DNA from: a virus
Lineage: Duplodnaviria > Caudoviricetes
DNA length: 64,000 nt
Direction: 5' to 3' (one strand)
IMG/VR virus record: IMGVR_UViG_3300006921_000012
Span: 1,646-65,645 of that record
Made by a program: the position numbers and the translations under genes. Numbering within the stretch: the stretch's first letter is position 1; each line of letters begins with the position of its first letter. The notes under the pieces were generated by a model, which saw nothing but the letters and a program-made list of their open reading frames with translations, had not been told where the DNA came from and ran no database searches. Below are positions 40,201-50,073 of this stretch, one piece after another.

Positions 40201-43200
40201 CTCTAGTTGGTATCCGTATTTACGATTACCGTCTAAAGTAAAGTTAGTGAATATATTTTCTAAGTCTTTCCATGTCATTAAATTACCTGAACTGGAATTA
40301 CCCCAATATGCTGGATGTGTCATATAGGTTGCACCTAATGGACCACTTAATTGATACAGACCAAAGAAATCTTTTGTTTCCGATGGTGCTAATTCTATAA
40401 CTATTTCAGTATCGGTCCCCACTAAAGGGTTTAATAAATCCATAGTAGGATTATCTAAAGAAGAATTATCCGAAGTAAAAGTAACATATTCTTTTGGTAT
40501 TCTTATGAAACATCTATCTACAGCATCTCTATGCATTCTGTATAAATAAAATTCTGTAGTGTCGGATAACTCTACTTCCCATTTTCTCATTCCTAAATAA
40601 GTAGAATCCGAATAAATATGATTTATTATTTCTAATTTATCACCAATACAACATGGAGTAACCATTCCTATAGTATCTGCTTTTATTTTACCTATATTTT
40701 GTTCTCTTAGAGTTTTAGTAATATAAGGCATACTAGTTTGTACCTTTGCTGTTCCTTCAATTTTAAAGTCATTAATAACTGTCGGGAATAACCCACCTAA
40801 ACCATTCATTGCGTCATACATGACACTTTTCCAATCAGAGTTTTTACAAATACATCTATTTAAATTACCTGGACTATTCATAACTGTGGCAGCTCTAGTA
40901 GAAGCTCCCCCCATGGTGTTACCCATATCCAAATATCTCGAATGTCCACCACCACTTGGTCCGTTAGGTCTTATCCATGGATAGGAGGTATTACTAATAA
41001 CACTTGGTGTTGCTGGCCTACCAGTACTTTCCAATAAACCTATGTCACAAGGAGACCAACAACGATAAGCGACAGCTCCTGAGAAACTATCTTGCATATT
41101 ACAAATAGACCAATTAAATGGTTCTGTTATTGCACACGTTTTAGCTTCATAGGTACATGCAGATTCTACCCATTCATAATAATATGGTTCTAATAAGTAT
41201 GCTTGTCCGGCATTCTTAGTATCACCACCACAGCAGACTTTAGTACTACTGTTAAAGTAGAGTAAATTATTAGTTCCTGGGTCCACACTTTTCCTATCTT
41301 CTACACCATCCGCAAAAACTCCAAAAAGTTGAGTGTCTGCAGACATTACTGTAGTATCACAATTACATGGGTCTAAAAAGTCATCACCAACCATATAACT
41401 TGAGTCAAAACAATCTTGTCCTCCTATATTGTATATTCCATCTTTGAAAATGACGGGATTAGTTGTAAATCCTGTTCCTGAAAATTGTGGTACATCTGGT
41501 ATTTCTACTAAATCAGTACAATCTTCTCTAGGTCTAAAATCGTTACCTCCATCAAAACTCATTGGTGATATTGATAAATTTTCCCATGTTTGTGTGTATC
41601 CCGTACCACTAAATGGACCACATATCGTATTTCCAGTATAACTTTCTATTGCTCCTACAGTTGGTTCTGAGGTATTACCACTAATTAAACTTCTATAACA
41701 TTCACGACCGTATTGTACAATCTGCCCAAGATTATAAGATTTTTGTTGGGTCCATTGATTATAATTTTTCGGTTCACATGGTTGGGTACAAATAGCTTCA
41801 CAATATTCAAAATCACCAAGAGCAAGTGTTGTATCACCTTTTAAAAAGTCAAGTAAGTCTTTGTTGAACTCGTCTCCCGTAAAGAATTCAGCTTCATTTA
41901 CTGATAAGAAAATTCCGTTTGGTGCACCTGGGGAAACCCATGGTCCCGTACAAGGTGAACCCACTCTTTGGTTGTATTCTGTATGTGTGTGGTCATTACA
42001 ACTAAGTTGACCACGATATATATTAGGACTACCACCAGGATAACCTACACATCCCTGATAACATGGTGACCCATATCCTAAATCTCCTATACCGTATTGA
42101 GTATTAGAGCAATTTCTTATTAATCTTTCATTTTGATGGCATGCTTCTGGCACCCCTTTACTTTTCCAATCCCAACCAAAATTCTTTAGTCCTGGACCCA
42201 TATATCCTGTATGAACATTAGTTCCACTTACACTGGTATATGGGTTACTATTTGTTATAGCTGATAATGTCCCCCCTGCAGCAAGTACTGTTCCATTTTC
42301 TTTTAATGGTTCTACACATGGTACCATATAAGTGTAAGCAGTAAAACCTGTAGCAGTAGGATTTAAACTACAGGTATCTCCAGTTTTACTAGTCCACTGA
42401 CATACGGTAACACCAGTGAAATTATCTTGGACTGACCATTCTCTATATGGTGTATGTCCTGTTATTGTTGTCCCACCACTTAGATTATATTGGAAACATG
42501 TATCTGCGGGATTATTGGTAAATATACATCCTGTACACCACCCTGTTTCCATTGCCCCATAGACATGTAAATTCATATCCATTCTTTGAGGTAAGTTATC
42601 AATCGTCATTGGGTACATTAGTCCCGCAAAATAATCAAATGTCGCATGAGCGGTCATAAAATTATTAAAGTCGGTAACATACGCTGCGGTTGGTTGTGCT
42701 ATCCCACTACGACTCCAGTCAGCTGCAGCTCCAGTAGGTGGTCCTTTAGTGGTAAGTCCTTGTGCTCCATTAAAACCAAATTGGAGTCCTTGTGCATTAG
42801 GAGTTGGGGGACCTTGATTTGGTGTGGCCATAACATTATTAAAGATACCGGTATTATCAGCAGTGTAATAAGAGGTATCTGACTCATCTACAAAATTAAT
42901 TATAATTACATCTTTTGAACCTCCAGTCCATAGTCCATGACTTCCTTGACCAAAGTTACCGTTAGGTGGCATGTTCGCATCTGGAACTTCGTCGGGCCAA
43001 ACAGCAAATCCACCATTTTCAGGTTCACAAAATTTTCTAGGATTACCTAAAAAATATGGACCACCAGCATTACTCCAACATGGACTACAAGTGTCAGGTG
43101 CTGTGGATGAGGTTCTAATGGCGTGTCCATCTGCTGGATAACTCGACCACCCTAACCATCTTTCATTGGCCGCTGTATCTCCAAAAAGAGGAATGTGATA

Positions 43201-46200
43201 GGTCTTACCACTCCAACCTGTTGTCCTCATACTATTACTAAACGTATCAATGGAAGCTTTGGCTGCAAACATTGTATCTCCTGGAGTGGAGGTTGTATCA
43301 TAAAAGGCATATATGTCTGTTTTTTTAGACGCAATACTCGCATAAACCCCATTAAGGTTAAGACAGGCCTCTGCTAAAAATGTCCCTGGGGTGGGACCAT
43401 TTACTCCCCACATATCGGTACCACCACTACAACACCCTTGTACTACAATAGTTCGAGGATTGTCAATAGATGGTATTCCAGTAGTTGTATCATCAAACAC
43501 ATAATAACTAAAACACTCACCAGTGATACCACTTAAAATATTTACCATATTATCCAACCATAGGTCGGTAGTTGGTATGTCACTAATTGTTGTACTACTA
43601 TAATAAACTGGACCCGTATACATAGTTCCGTTGAGGGTAATCTTATTAAACCAACCTGCTCCACTAAATGTAATTGAATTGGATGCGAGATGTCCATTTA
43701 CTAATACTTCTTCAAATCTAGGACCAACACATTCTACCCATGAACCTAAACATTCTAAATCATCACAAACTGGTTCATGTTTATATGCGTATTTGTATCT
43801 ATGAAATGCGGAATTTTCTATTTTTGTACCACCCTGCCAAATAGTCGTTGCGGGTACCATTTGTTCTACTAATCTCACCCAATAATCTTCCATGTTATCC
43901 ACAAACTCTAACATTTTTTCGTAAGTGTACTGATTATTTGGTATTCCACATACCGACTTACTGTTCAAATAATCTAGGTATACCATTTGTAGTGTTGGGT
44001 ATCCTCCTCCGTGTCCGTCATCAATTGTAAGTCTATTTTTTACATTTACATGAATCTTCCAGAAACTTTCAGCAAATTCAAAGAATGAGAGTTTAGATGC
44101 GTCTATTTGAATTGGTGTCCAATCTGGTCCTACCGGAGGTGATGGGTATAGTGGATTAAGGTCTACTAAAGGTTTTAATCCGTAGAGACACCCAAACTTA
44201 TTAGAAGTGTTCCATACATCCCAAGTTAATCCTTGACCTACATTTAGGAATAAATCTACGTTTTTAACATTTAAAATTTGTCTATCAGTATGAGCGTAAT
44301 ATTTTGTACCTCTTCCTCTCAGTAATGAAACTCTATTTTGTAAGTTTACAAAACTTTCATCTTGTGTTCTTTTTTCGGATGCTACCCAAGATTTCTTATT
44401 ATCCACTGTTCTAGATAAGTCATACCCTTCATTCATATCTGGGAATTTTCTTAAATAGTCTAAATATTTTTCACCATAGGTAAAAGGTCCGTATTGTGTA
44501 ACTACAGAAGGACTATCACCAGTAAAAACCGATTTCTTTTCATCTACAACCCTCGAACTTTTATGTTCTGGAGTTCTTTCAAACCACCCTGCTCCTGCTT
44601 GGAAATACCCATCTTTACTAAAGGTTGGTGGTACTGGGTATCCGTCTTTCCCTACTGGATATTCTTCACGTATTGCTGTTACTTGTCTAGTTACCGCTGA
44701 AACTCCATATGTGTACCCCGTAATTGTAATAGGTATAACTCCTACTGTTGGTGGTGTTTCACTAAAGTACTGATTCCTTACCGGTACATCTTCGGTATAT
44801 GTTCCACCGGAAAAACTATCTAGTTTTTGGTTAAACTTCTCTACATTAATACGATTACCCGCTAAGTAGACATGTTCATTAAATTCAATTAATCCTTGAG
44901 GTGCTCCGATTAATCTAAGAAGAAACTCAATAGATTTTCGTGTTCCTTTAGATTTAAAGAGATAGGCGGTATTAACTAATATTTTTCTATATAATTCTAG
45001 ATTAAGTTGGGTGGGTGTTTTATTAGTGGCTACTCCAGTAAATTCTTGTTTCCCACCTCTACTAAACAAAGCATCCATGAGGTCAACTTGTGCGATAGAG
45101 TTTGGTGTTCCCCAACCTAACATTTGTGCTAAGTTCTTTAATAGAGTATCAGGTACATTGTGTATTTTATCGTAGGTGACATTCGTCATATATGCCAACC
45201 CATCTATATATTTTTTTACCTCATCAAAACTTCTTCCATATATTTGTAATACTTTTTCAAATGCTTGGTCTTCAGTATCAAATTCTTTAAGTGCTCCTGT
45301 AGTAAGGAATCTAGATATTAAATTAGTTTTATATGAATCATAAGTAATTGCAATATCATTCAAGGAATTTAGATAAGTTGTAAAAGAAAATCCATCTATT
45401 AAAATATTCCAATTATCGGTTAATGGCCAAGTTATACTTTTACTAGATTTAATTAATGCTCCACTATTTGACTCTCTTAACATGTCAAATTTCGCTGTAT
45501 ATAGTGGTATACTTTCTCTATTTAATAAAACTTGTTCAATATCACCTAACTCATCAAATATTTCTTCTGTATTTAAGGTACTAGGACGTATAATAAATTC
45601 TTTAGTAGTGGTAGTAGCAGCACTTGTTGTAGCACTAAAAGGATTACCCTCTACCGTTATGACTAATGAACCACTCACGTTTGAGGTTGCTGGTGTTATA
45701 TCCGTTACTGGGTATTCGTTGGACCCTATAAATAAACTATATTTACTAAACTCTTTTGTAAAATTTCTAATTTCACTAACTCCGTCTGTGGTTCCTGTAA
45801 AAAATAAATTTCCAATAGTAGTGAATTCTATAGCAAATGGATTTTTAATTTGTAATACATTAACATTTAAGGTAGTCTCTTTATCAAAAGAATCATGTAA
45901 TATATTAGTAGCTGTCTGACCTGTTAAAAAATCTGGTCTAACTTTTTCTACCGATAATCCAGCTGGAAAGTTTTTAACTACATTTTGAGTCGCAACTTTC
46001 ATTCTTTCAGCTAAAGACCCATAGAGTGTAAAATCAGTTACTTTATGTGGGTCATAATTAATAAAAGCTTTTAACTGATTATTTGCAAGTATCTTTGTTT
46101 GTTCAGGATTCTGTAAATTAATACTTTCTAAAGTAATTGGTTTTGAAAAATTACCTAAAGAAAATTCAGTATTTTGTTTATCAGTAACTGAAACGGAAAT

Positions 46201-46314
46201 TCCAAAATTTCCTAATGTAAATTGACTAGACCCATCGGTAAATTGATTACCAACTAAACCGTCACTAAAACTATCTAGTCCACTACTAGCATATATATTA
46301 TTACCATTTGCCAT
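37267..46314 (-). CDS. Giant (3015 aa) baseplate/tail protein with vWA-like and CBM5/12-like modules
   Basis: LKNLAQMLGW...YLFKSKGTRKSIEFLL (P2 gpI/wedge-like), W....Y..G..V.Y....Y (CBM5/12-like) and a Cys-rich centre. Confidence 0.75.
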   Translation of the reverse strand: MANGNNIYASSGLDSFSDGLVGNQFTDGSSQFTLGNFGISVSVTDKQNTEFSLGNFSKPITLESINLQNPEQTKILANNQLKAFINYDPHKVTDFTLYGSLAERMKVATQNVVKNFPAGLSVEKVRPDFLTGQTATNILHDSFDKETTLNVNVLQIKNPFAIEFTTIGNLFFTGTTDGVSEIRNFTKEFSKYSLFIGSNEYPVTDITPATSNVSGSLVITVEGNPFSATTSAATTTTKEFIIRPSTLNTEEIFDELGDIEQVLLNRESIPLYTAKFDMLRESNSGALIKSSKSITWPLTDNWNILIDGFSFTTYLNSLNDIAITYDSYKTNLISRFLTTGALKEFDTEDQAFEKVLQIYGRSFDEVKKYIDGLAYMTNVTYDKIHNVPDTLLKNLAQMLGWGTPNSIAQVDLMDALFSRGGKQEFTGVATNKTPTQLNLELYRKILVNTAYLFKSKGTRKSIEFLLRLIGAPQGLIEFNEHVYLAGNRINVEKFNQKLDSFSGGTYTEDVPVRNQYFSETPPTVGVIPITITGYTYGVSAVTRQVTAIREEYPVGKDGYPVPPTFSKDGYFQAGAGWFERTPEHKSSRVVDEKKSVFTGDSPSVVTQYGPFTYGEKYLDYLRKFPDMNEGYDLSRTVDNKKSWVASEKRTQDESFVNLQNRVSLLRGRGTKYYAHTDRQILNVKNVDLFLNVGQGLTWDVWNTSNKFGCLYGLKPLVDLNPLYPSPPVGPDWTPIQIDASKLSFFEFAESFWKIHVNVKNRLTIDDGHGGGYPTLQMVYLDYLNSKSVCGIPNNQYTYEKMLEFVDNMEDYWVRLVEQMVPATTIWQGGTKIENSAFHRYKYAYKHEPVCDDLECLGSWVECVGPRFEEVLVNGHLASNSITFSGAGWFNKITLNGTMYTGPVYYSSTTISDIPTTDLWLDNMVNILSGITGECFSYYVFDDTTTGIPSIDNPRTIVVQGCCSGGTDMWGVNGPTPGTFLAEACLNLNGVYASIASKKTDIYAFYDTTSTPGDTMFAAKASIDTFSNSMRTTGWSGKTYHIPLFGDTAANERWLGWSSYPADGHAIRTSSTAPDTCSPCWSNAGGPYFLGNPRKFCEPENGGFAVWPDEVPDANMPPNGNFGQGSHGLWTGGSKDVIIINFVDESDTSYYTADNTGIFNNVMATPNQGPPTPNAQGLQFGFNGAQGLTTKGPPTGAAADWSRSGIAQPTAAYVTDFNNFMTAHATFDYFAGLMYPMTIDNLPQRMDMNLHVYGAMETGWCTGCIFTNNPADTCFQYNLSGGTTITGHTPYREWSVQDNFTGVTVCQWTSKTGDTCSLNPTATGFTAYTYMVPCVEPLKENGTVLAAGGTLSAITNSNPYTSVSGTNVHTGYMGPGLKNFGWDWKSKGVPEACHQNERLIRNCSNTQYGIGDLGYGSPCYQGCVGYPGGSPNIYRGQLSCNDHTHTEYNQRVGSPCTGPWVSPGAPNGIFLSVNEAEFFTGDEFNKDLLDFLKGDTTLALGDFEYCEAICTQPCEPKNYNQWTQQKSYNLGQIVQYGRECYRSLISGNTSEPTVGAIESYTGNTICGPFSGTGYTQTWENLSISPMSFDGGNDFRPREDCTDLVEIPDVPQFSGTGFTTNPVIFKDGIYNIGGQDCFDSSYMVGDDFLDPCNCDTTVMSADTQLFGVFADGVEDRKSVDPGTNNLLYFNSSTKVCCGGDTKNAGQAYLLEPYYYEWVESACTYEAKTCAITEPFNWSICNMQDSFSGAVAYRCWSPCDIGLLESTGRPATPSVISNTSYPWIRPNGPSGGGHSRYLDMGNTMGGASTRAATVMNSPGNLNRCICKNSDWKSVMYDAMNGLGGLFPTVINDFKIEGTAKVQTSMPYITKTLREQNIGKIKADTIGMVTPCCIGDKLEIINHIYSDSTYLGMRKWEVELSDTTEFYLYRMHRDAVDRCFIRIPKEYVTFTSDNSSLDNPTMDLLNPLVGTDTEIVIELAPSETKDFFGLYQLSGPLGATYMTHPAYWGNSSSGNLMTWKDLENIFTNFTLDGNRKYGYQLEINLICNGLPADAIEFNDKIVSYGGLDTIDNDIPSGKPCPTNLNAPMLQLTPLDGNKKEVSDTMTSLMNSSLTQLAGEGGLVEFNYQQYFNRYHPSVDTEDYEIVDGNIYAVLNNTPYKSGLEIPYNQTSVNVIVDPTTRVATRTALTYTDSNGYEKVKLNWFSTIVQTYPNHTTQLFFRNQSVRDGFAYSLTSKQIGNVESYNLYNPDYKTVVGTGPDERSSSTFEEIPALSTEMNFSLSAVTVGALSPTNSFHKTFIKYKNLNDWVERTLGNDIFSNSYARYRSDGELDYFEIRKDYTTALGVDNSGNNLYTPLKSLNVELLATTYGDWRTFRREYHQLSGLTTQYTGYTNLGIYNSGSTNNNLNSDLTFDLVYTYSGFTGTTVIPMNGPTADGATLQGGSNTITAACVKPEVLNENGGPLYKQVNVDNDYIYYKILTTAEYRFQYQGALTLDYYDTGWCEYLRNYYKIYTNYSYPSNDYHYKNLVNSSILYAGGGSDVTTQEGYDSNPYTNISPYWRVTPSYGFSQYKGIDHLKAEIWIERKLSGSTSAVTLTQYVIGNNPQVYPTADKFLTLDVTPGDLIADTYNISGATCGYPSVSGDSGHVFTKIVDVSLDTKCIKLNAGDEIRLKHRVNWTSTSKMSGATSVNLRLGSKTVNMETTYPWYRVTMDACNTKKQALGLVWDVDNYGRDLIWWNNGKKFTGKEKGSLFVTTMFDSQPLVYSPPINNEKDITNLTYLDVSQKYRGEFELGISKSKSARWNETLLNGGFTNAVQPFGTEPFSSHGMMTYWTMPRFNSYVGETPPFPNYQHTYLVETIFQVKGTDRRFSHMVYYNDNPDTTMNYFNATTLFGNPADVGTGRDYIVQNRNQTERKMYFSLSDLIIDGEPITIRTNQYNLYSSLEATEEYTTLCECRVENEGKVIADKTLNCKNNTSCGRKCQEFCKGVRPNQTMVGKLKSLGINTPIGRSTLGRNNRY

Positions 46315-46317
46315 CTA

Positions 46318-47223
46318 CTATTCTATATTGCTAAATGCTTTACTAAAGTCTATATTATTTCCTTTGTCTTTTCTTACTTCATATAATGGAGTACCGAATT
46401 GGTCTCGTTTTTCATATAATGTGTATTGTTTATAAATGTTATTGTCTGCATCATATAGAGTATAAATTCCATCACTCAATGACTTACTTTGATTACCGTA
46501 TAATGCAATACCTAAACTTTCTACGTCATAATCTACCATTTCAATATCTAAAGTAATTGGATTAAAATAAGTGTTAGTAATTATTACACTTTGGTCTGGT
46601 TGTCCAATATAAGGAAGTGCACTTGGTTTATTGGTAGGAGCTGAAGTTGGTGTTAAGGTACAGAATAAGAGATTACTTCCTCCGTTTACATATCTATATC
46701 TAATCGCTTTCTGACTACTATTAGTTAGGTTTTGAGTTACTGGTTCACAGAAAAAGGATGAAGTTACTATACGGTAGAAGTTTGGTATCTTAGTCCCATC
46801 TGAATTAAGATATTCGATTCTAAAACCTACCAATCCATTATTAACAAATCTATTTCTAAATTTACTATCTACGTTATTAAGGTCAAATACTAACCCTTTA
46901 ACATTAGGTAAAGAAGAAAGAACCCCACAATCGGTAATTGTGGTCCTTATTTCTACTGGTTTAATGTATACCGTATAAATTCCTTTTTTATCAAACTCAG
47001 ATGATGGTAGCTTTAAATTGTAAAGACCACCTAAAATTTCTACATTTGCATTACCTGAGGTATTTCCGTTATGATAATAAGGTGCTAAGATTGCGTTTGC
47101 GTCTAAACTTTTTACAACCACACCACTGTTTGCTTCCCTTGTAGGGGTATAAACCATAACAATATCTACATCTTCTGGTGATACGTCAGCGGGTCTTTTT
47201 ATTCCATATGCTCCTAATGCCAT
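46318..47223 (-). CDS. Putative structural protein
   Basis: 301 aa, beta-strand-like composition, inside the baseplate operon. Confidence 0.7.
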   Translation of the reverse strand: MALGAYGIKRPADVSPEDVDIVMVYTPTREANSGVVVKSLDANAILAPYYHNGNTSGNANVEILGGLYNLKLPSSEFDKKGIYTVYIKPVEIRTTITDCGVLSSLPNVKGLVFDLNNVDSKFRNRFVNNGLVGFRIEYLNSDGTKIPNFYRIVTSSFFCEPVTQNLTNSSQKAIRYRYVNGGSNLLFCTLTPTSAPTNKPSALPYIGQPDQSVIITNTYFNPITLDIEMVDYDVESLGIALYGNQSKSLSDGIYTLYDADNNIYKQYTLYEKRDQFGTPLYEVRKDKGNNIDFSKAFSNIE

Positions 47224-47234
47224 TTTTTAATTTT

Positions 47235-50060
47235 TTATTCTTGTTTCTTTATTTTATAATACCCATAAGCGTAATTTACCAATCCTCCCATAGTCTTTAT
47301 CTCCCCCAATCTTTGATTTGGCTCCATAACAGACTGTTTGCCCCTCTCAATAAATATTTCTGATTGTATTTCTGGTGGTTCCGAAACATTCATTAATGCT
47401 TCTTCTTTTGTAAGAGGTTCTCTACATAATAAAACAGGGGTTCCATTTAAGAAATTAACCTCGTCTTGGAAGGGTGTGATAACGTATTCACAACTTCCGT
47501 CATCAATCATTGCTAATGCGTTATAATTCCATGCATTAGGGTCCGTACAACCTTCCGTAGGATATGTACAACAACTAAAATCTTGAGGGTGTGGTACTGG
47601 TAAGGGGCCTGGTGAATAAGGTCCACCACAATCTTCAGTAGCTAGAGGATTATAATTAATTGCCTGTGGGTCCATACATCCCGGACCTGCTCCTGGAATA
47701 TCATAAGTACAGAGAGTTAAATCTGGTACCCACGCTATTTGCATATTAATATAACTTGGTCCTTGAGCTATCCAATTAGGATGAGTATTAGTTGAAGTAC
47801 ACATAGGTGGTCCTCCCGCTGAAATTGCCGTATAGTTAGCAGGGTCAGCACAAGGGTCGTAGTTAACTGCAAAGACGTCAGGACAACCATAATCATACGT
47901 ACATGAACCATCCATAATATTTGCCATTGGGTCGTAGTTATTTGCCGGTATTCCTGGATAGACGTATCCCGGATATGGTATGGCACCAACAACACTTAAT
48001 CCTAAACCACCATCATCTATACACCCATTAATTGGTTCATCATAAAAACATGAACCGGAATCTACATTTGCTAAGGGATTATAATTCCACACTAAATAAG
48101 AACCAAAACCAAAAATATCTGGATTACCTGGTGTTGCTGGGGTATTATCCATACATCCAGGTATTTGATATTGACAACAATCTGCCCATCCCGGGTTGTA
48201 CGTACCAGGACCTCCTGGTGGATGTGGGTCACCATTACAATCTTCTAAACAATTTGGACAATAGTTACTTGCACCTACAGCAGAAGACGTTATATTAGTC
48301 GGACTCACAAGACCTATCATAACCGAATAACCTGGATAAAAAGGTATGTCTGTATTACCACCTGCACTAGCCCATGAAAACGATGGATTTGCTGGTGTAT
48401 ACCTAGCTGGGTCAGGCACTGCTGGGGGAACACCCCCACCACCGGTCCATGGTGATAACACACCATTTCCATCATCTCTACATCCCGCATCTGAACAACA
48501 ACAAGTATCGGCACTCTGGTAATTGGTTTTATTCCACGCATATGGGTGGTTAGACATATTAGGTGCACCATTAGAAGTTAAACTAGTACAAGGAACTGGA
48601 CTACCTGCTGAAGGTTGGGTGGCAGTCGTTGGTAACCCTTGTGCGTCGTTATAATTAAAAGTTGTAGCTCCTCCCGCAACCCATGAAACATTTTCACACA
48701 TCCATTGTGAATTTACGTTATCCCAGTATTTTGAATGTGCTGGGTCTGGATTTCCCTGACAGTCTAAACCACTAGAAGTAGTGGTTGCTCCATTAAAATT
48801 AGCAAAATTAGGGTCGGGACAACCAAATTGACTATACTTACAACAAGCGTCCCAATCTTGACTCTGTTTAAAGTCTGCATTGTGGTATTTAACATCAGGG
48901 TTGGGATTATATTGAGTTGGGCTACTTCTGTCACCACCTGCTCCCATTGTTTCACATCCTGCATATTGGTGATTAACACCGTACCCAACTCCACCATATA
49001 CTGCAGTTGTCTCAGCACCTAAAGGACTATCCCATGAACTCGCCGCACCATTCCATGTAGGAAATAGGGTGGTATTAGTTGCTGGGTCTACAAGGCTAGT
49101 ACCATAACATGGATGAAAAACTGCTTTTCCTTCACAATCAAAACACCCATTATCAGCTCCAGTTACTTGTCCTGTCACATCAAAACCATTTAAAATAGAA
49201 TTGTTCGAGATACATCCTGTTGGGGATGGGTTCGTTGGGGGACCTAAACACTGACCATTAGGTGAACAATCACCGTCTTGGCATGTTTGCCAAACAGTTG
49301 AAGTAAGAGGACATCCAGGAGTTAAATTGTGTCCGTTCGGTATTGATTGGGATGGTATATTTGTACCATAATCCATTGGGTTTAGACAGGAGGATAGTGG
49401 GCATCCGTCCTCGTTTTCGGTACCTAATAGTAAAGGATTAATACATAATGATATCCATGGAAAACCACCTTCGTTTGAGGCATACTGCCATCCACACGTT
49501 GAAGGAGCCTTCCACCAACCACTTAAACCTGCTTGACTATTAAATAGGTATTCGTGAAATGTCAAATCTAATCTACCCGCACCAGCCCATGAACCAGTCC
49601 CACAAGGTCCAGCCCAAATACCACTAGGGTCCCTATATAGCCCTCTGTTACCATGTAATTGATAAAGTCCACTAAAAATTTGACCACACCTACTACTCTG
49701 ACCTATATTAAAATAGTACATTCTACTGGTCGTGGAAAGACTATATATTCCAGTAGTACCACCTGGAAAATAACCACTTGTCCATGTATCTTCGTGTGAT
49801 GTATAGGTATTAGTCCTAACAAACTGATAAAAAAATGGAATATCCCCTGCCATCATACCCGAACATAAACATGAACAAGAATCCGTACCACTTTCTAACC
49901 CTGAATTTGCAGTATTGGCACCGTCATATGCTGAATTGTAATTAGAATTACTAAAACCACCACCAACTAACTTAGGGTAGTTATATCCTACACCCCATGT
50001 TACTGCTCCTATTTGTTCAGTTCCGGTTGAAGGTCCTGATGCTTGTCCTGGACATCCCAT
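47235..50060 (-). CDS. Cys/Gly/Pro-rich structural protein with GCxD..A.NY repeats
   Basis: 941 aa; repeats followed by a charged C-terminal domain (TKEEAL...FIERGK...RLGEI...YGYY). Confidence 0.7.
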   Translation of the reverse strand: MGCPGQASGPSTGTEQIGAVTWGVGYNYPKLVGGGFSNSNYNSAYDGANTANSGLESGTDSCSCLCSGMMAGDIPFFYQFVRTNTYTSHEDTWTSGYFPGGTTGIYSLSTTSRMYYFNIGQSSRCGQIFSGLYQLHGNRGLYRDPSGIWAGPCGTGSWAGAGRLDLTFHEYLFNSQAGLSGWWKAPSTCGWQYASNEGGFPWISLCINPLLLGTENEDGCPLSSCLNPMDYGTNIPSQSIPNGHNLTPGCPLTSTVWQTCQDGDCSPNGQCLGPPTNPSPTGCISNNSILNGFDVTGQVTGADNGCFDCEGKAVFHPCYGTSLVDPATNTTLFPTWNGAASSWDSPLGAETTAVYGGVGYGVNHQYAGCETMGAGGDRSSPTQYNPNPDVKYHNADFKQSQDWDACCKYSQFGCPDPNFANFNGATTTSSGLDCQGNPDPAHSKYWDNVNSQWMCENVSWVAGGATTFNYNDAQGLPTTATQPSAGSPVPCTSLTSNGAPNMSNHPYAWNKTNYQSADTCCCSDAGCRDDGNGVLSPWTGGGGVPPAVPDPARYTPANPSFSWASAGGNTDIPFYPGYSVMIGLVSPTNITSSAVGASNYCPNCLEDCNGDPHPPGGPGTYNPGWADCCQYQIPGCMDNTPATPGNPDIFGFGSYLVWNYNPLANVDSGSCFYDEPINGCIDDGGLGLSVVGAIPYPGYVYPGIPANNYDPMANIMDGSCTYDYGCPDVFAVNYDPCADPANYTAISAGGPPMCTSTNTHPNWIAQGPSYINMQIAWVPDLTLCTYDIPGAGPGCMDPQAINYNPLATEDCGGPYSPGPLPVPHPQDFSCCTYPTEGCTDPNAWNYNALAMIDDGSCEYVITPFQDEVNFLNGTPVLLCREPLTKEEALMNVSEPPEIQSEIFIERGKQSVMEPNQRLGEIKTMGGLVNYAYGYYKIKKQE
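47480..48825 (-). repeat. Degenerate protein-level repeats GC(M/T/P/I/R)D....NY(N/D)P.A..D.GSC.Y
   Basis: About seven units, e.g. GCTDPNAWNYNALAMIDDGSCEY, GCMDPQAINYNPLATEDC, GCPDVFAVNYDPCA, GCPDPNFANFN. Confidence 0.8.
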
Positions 50061-50073
50061 ATTTTATATTTTA

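Noticed and set aside
47235-50060. Higher GC as a sign of a recent foreign insertion or a diversity-generating retroelement target
   Set aside because: Explained by Gly/Pro/Cys/Ala content; no reverse transcriptase, and I saw no near-identical template/variable repeat pair.
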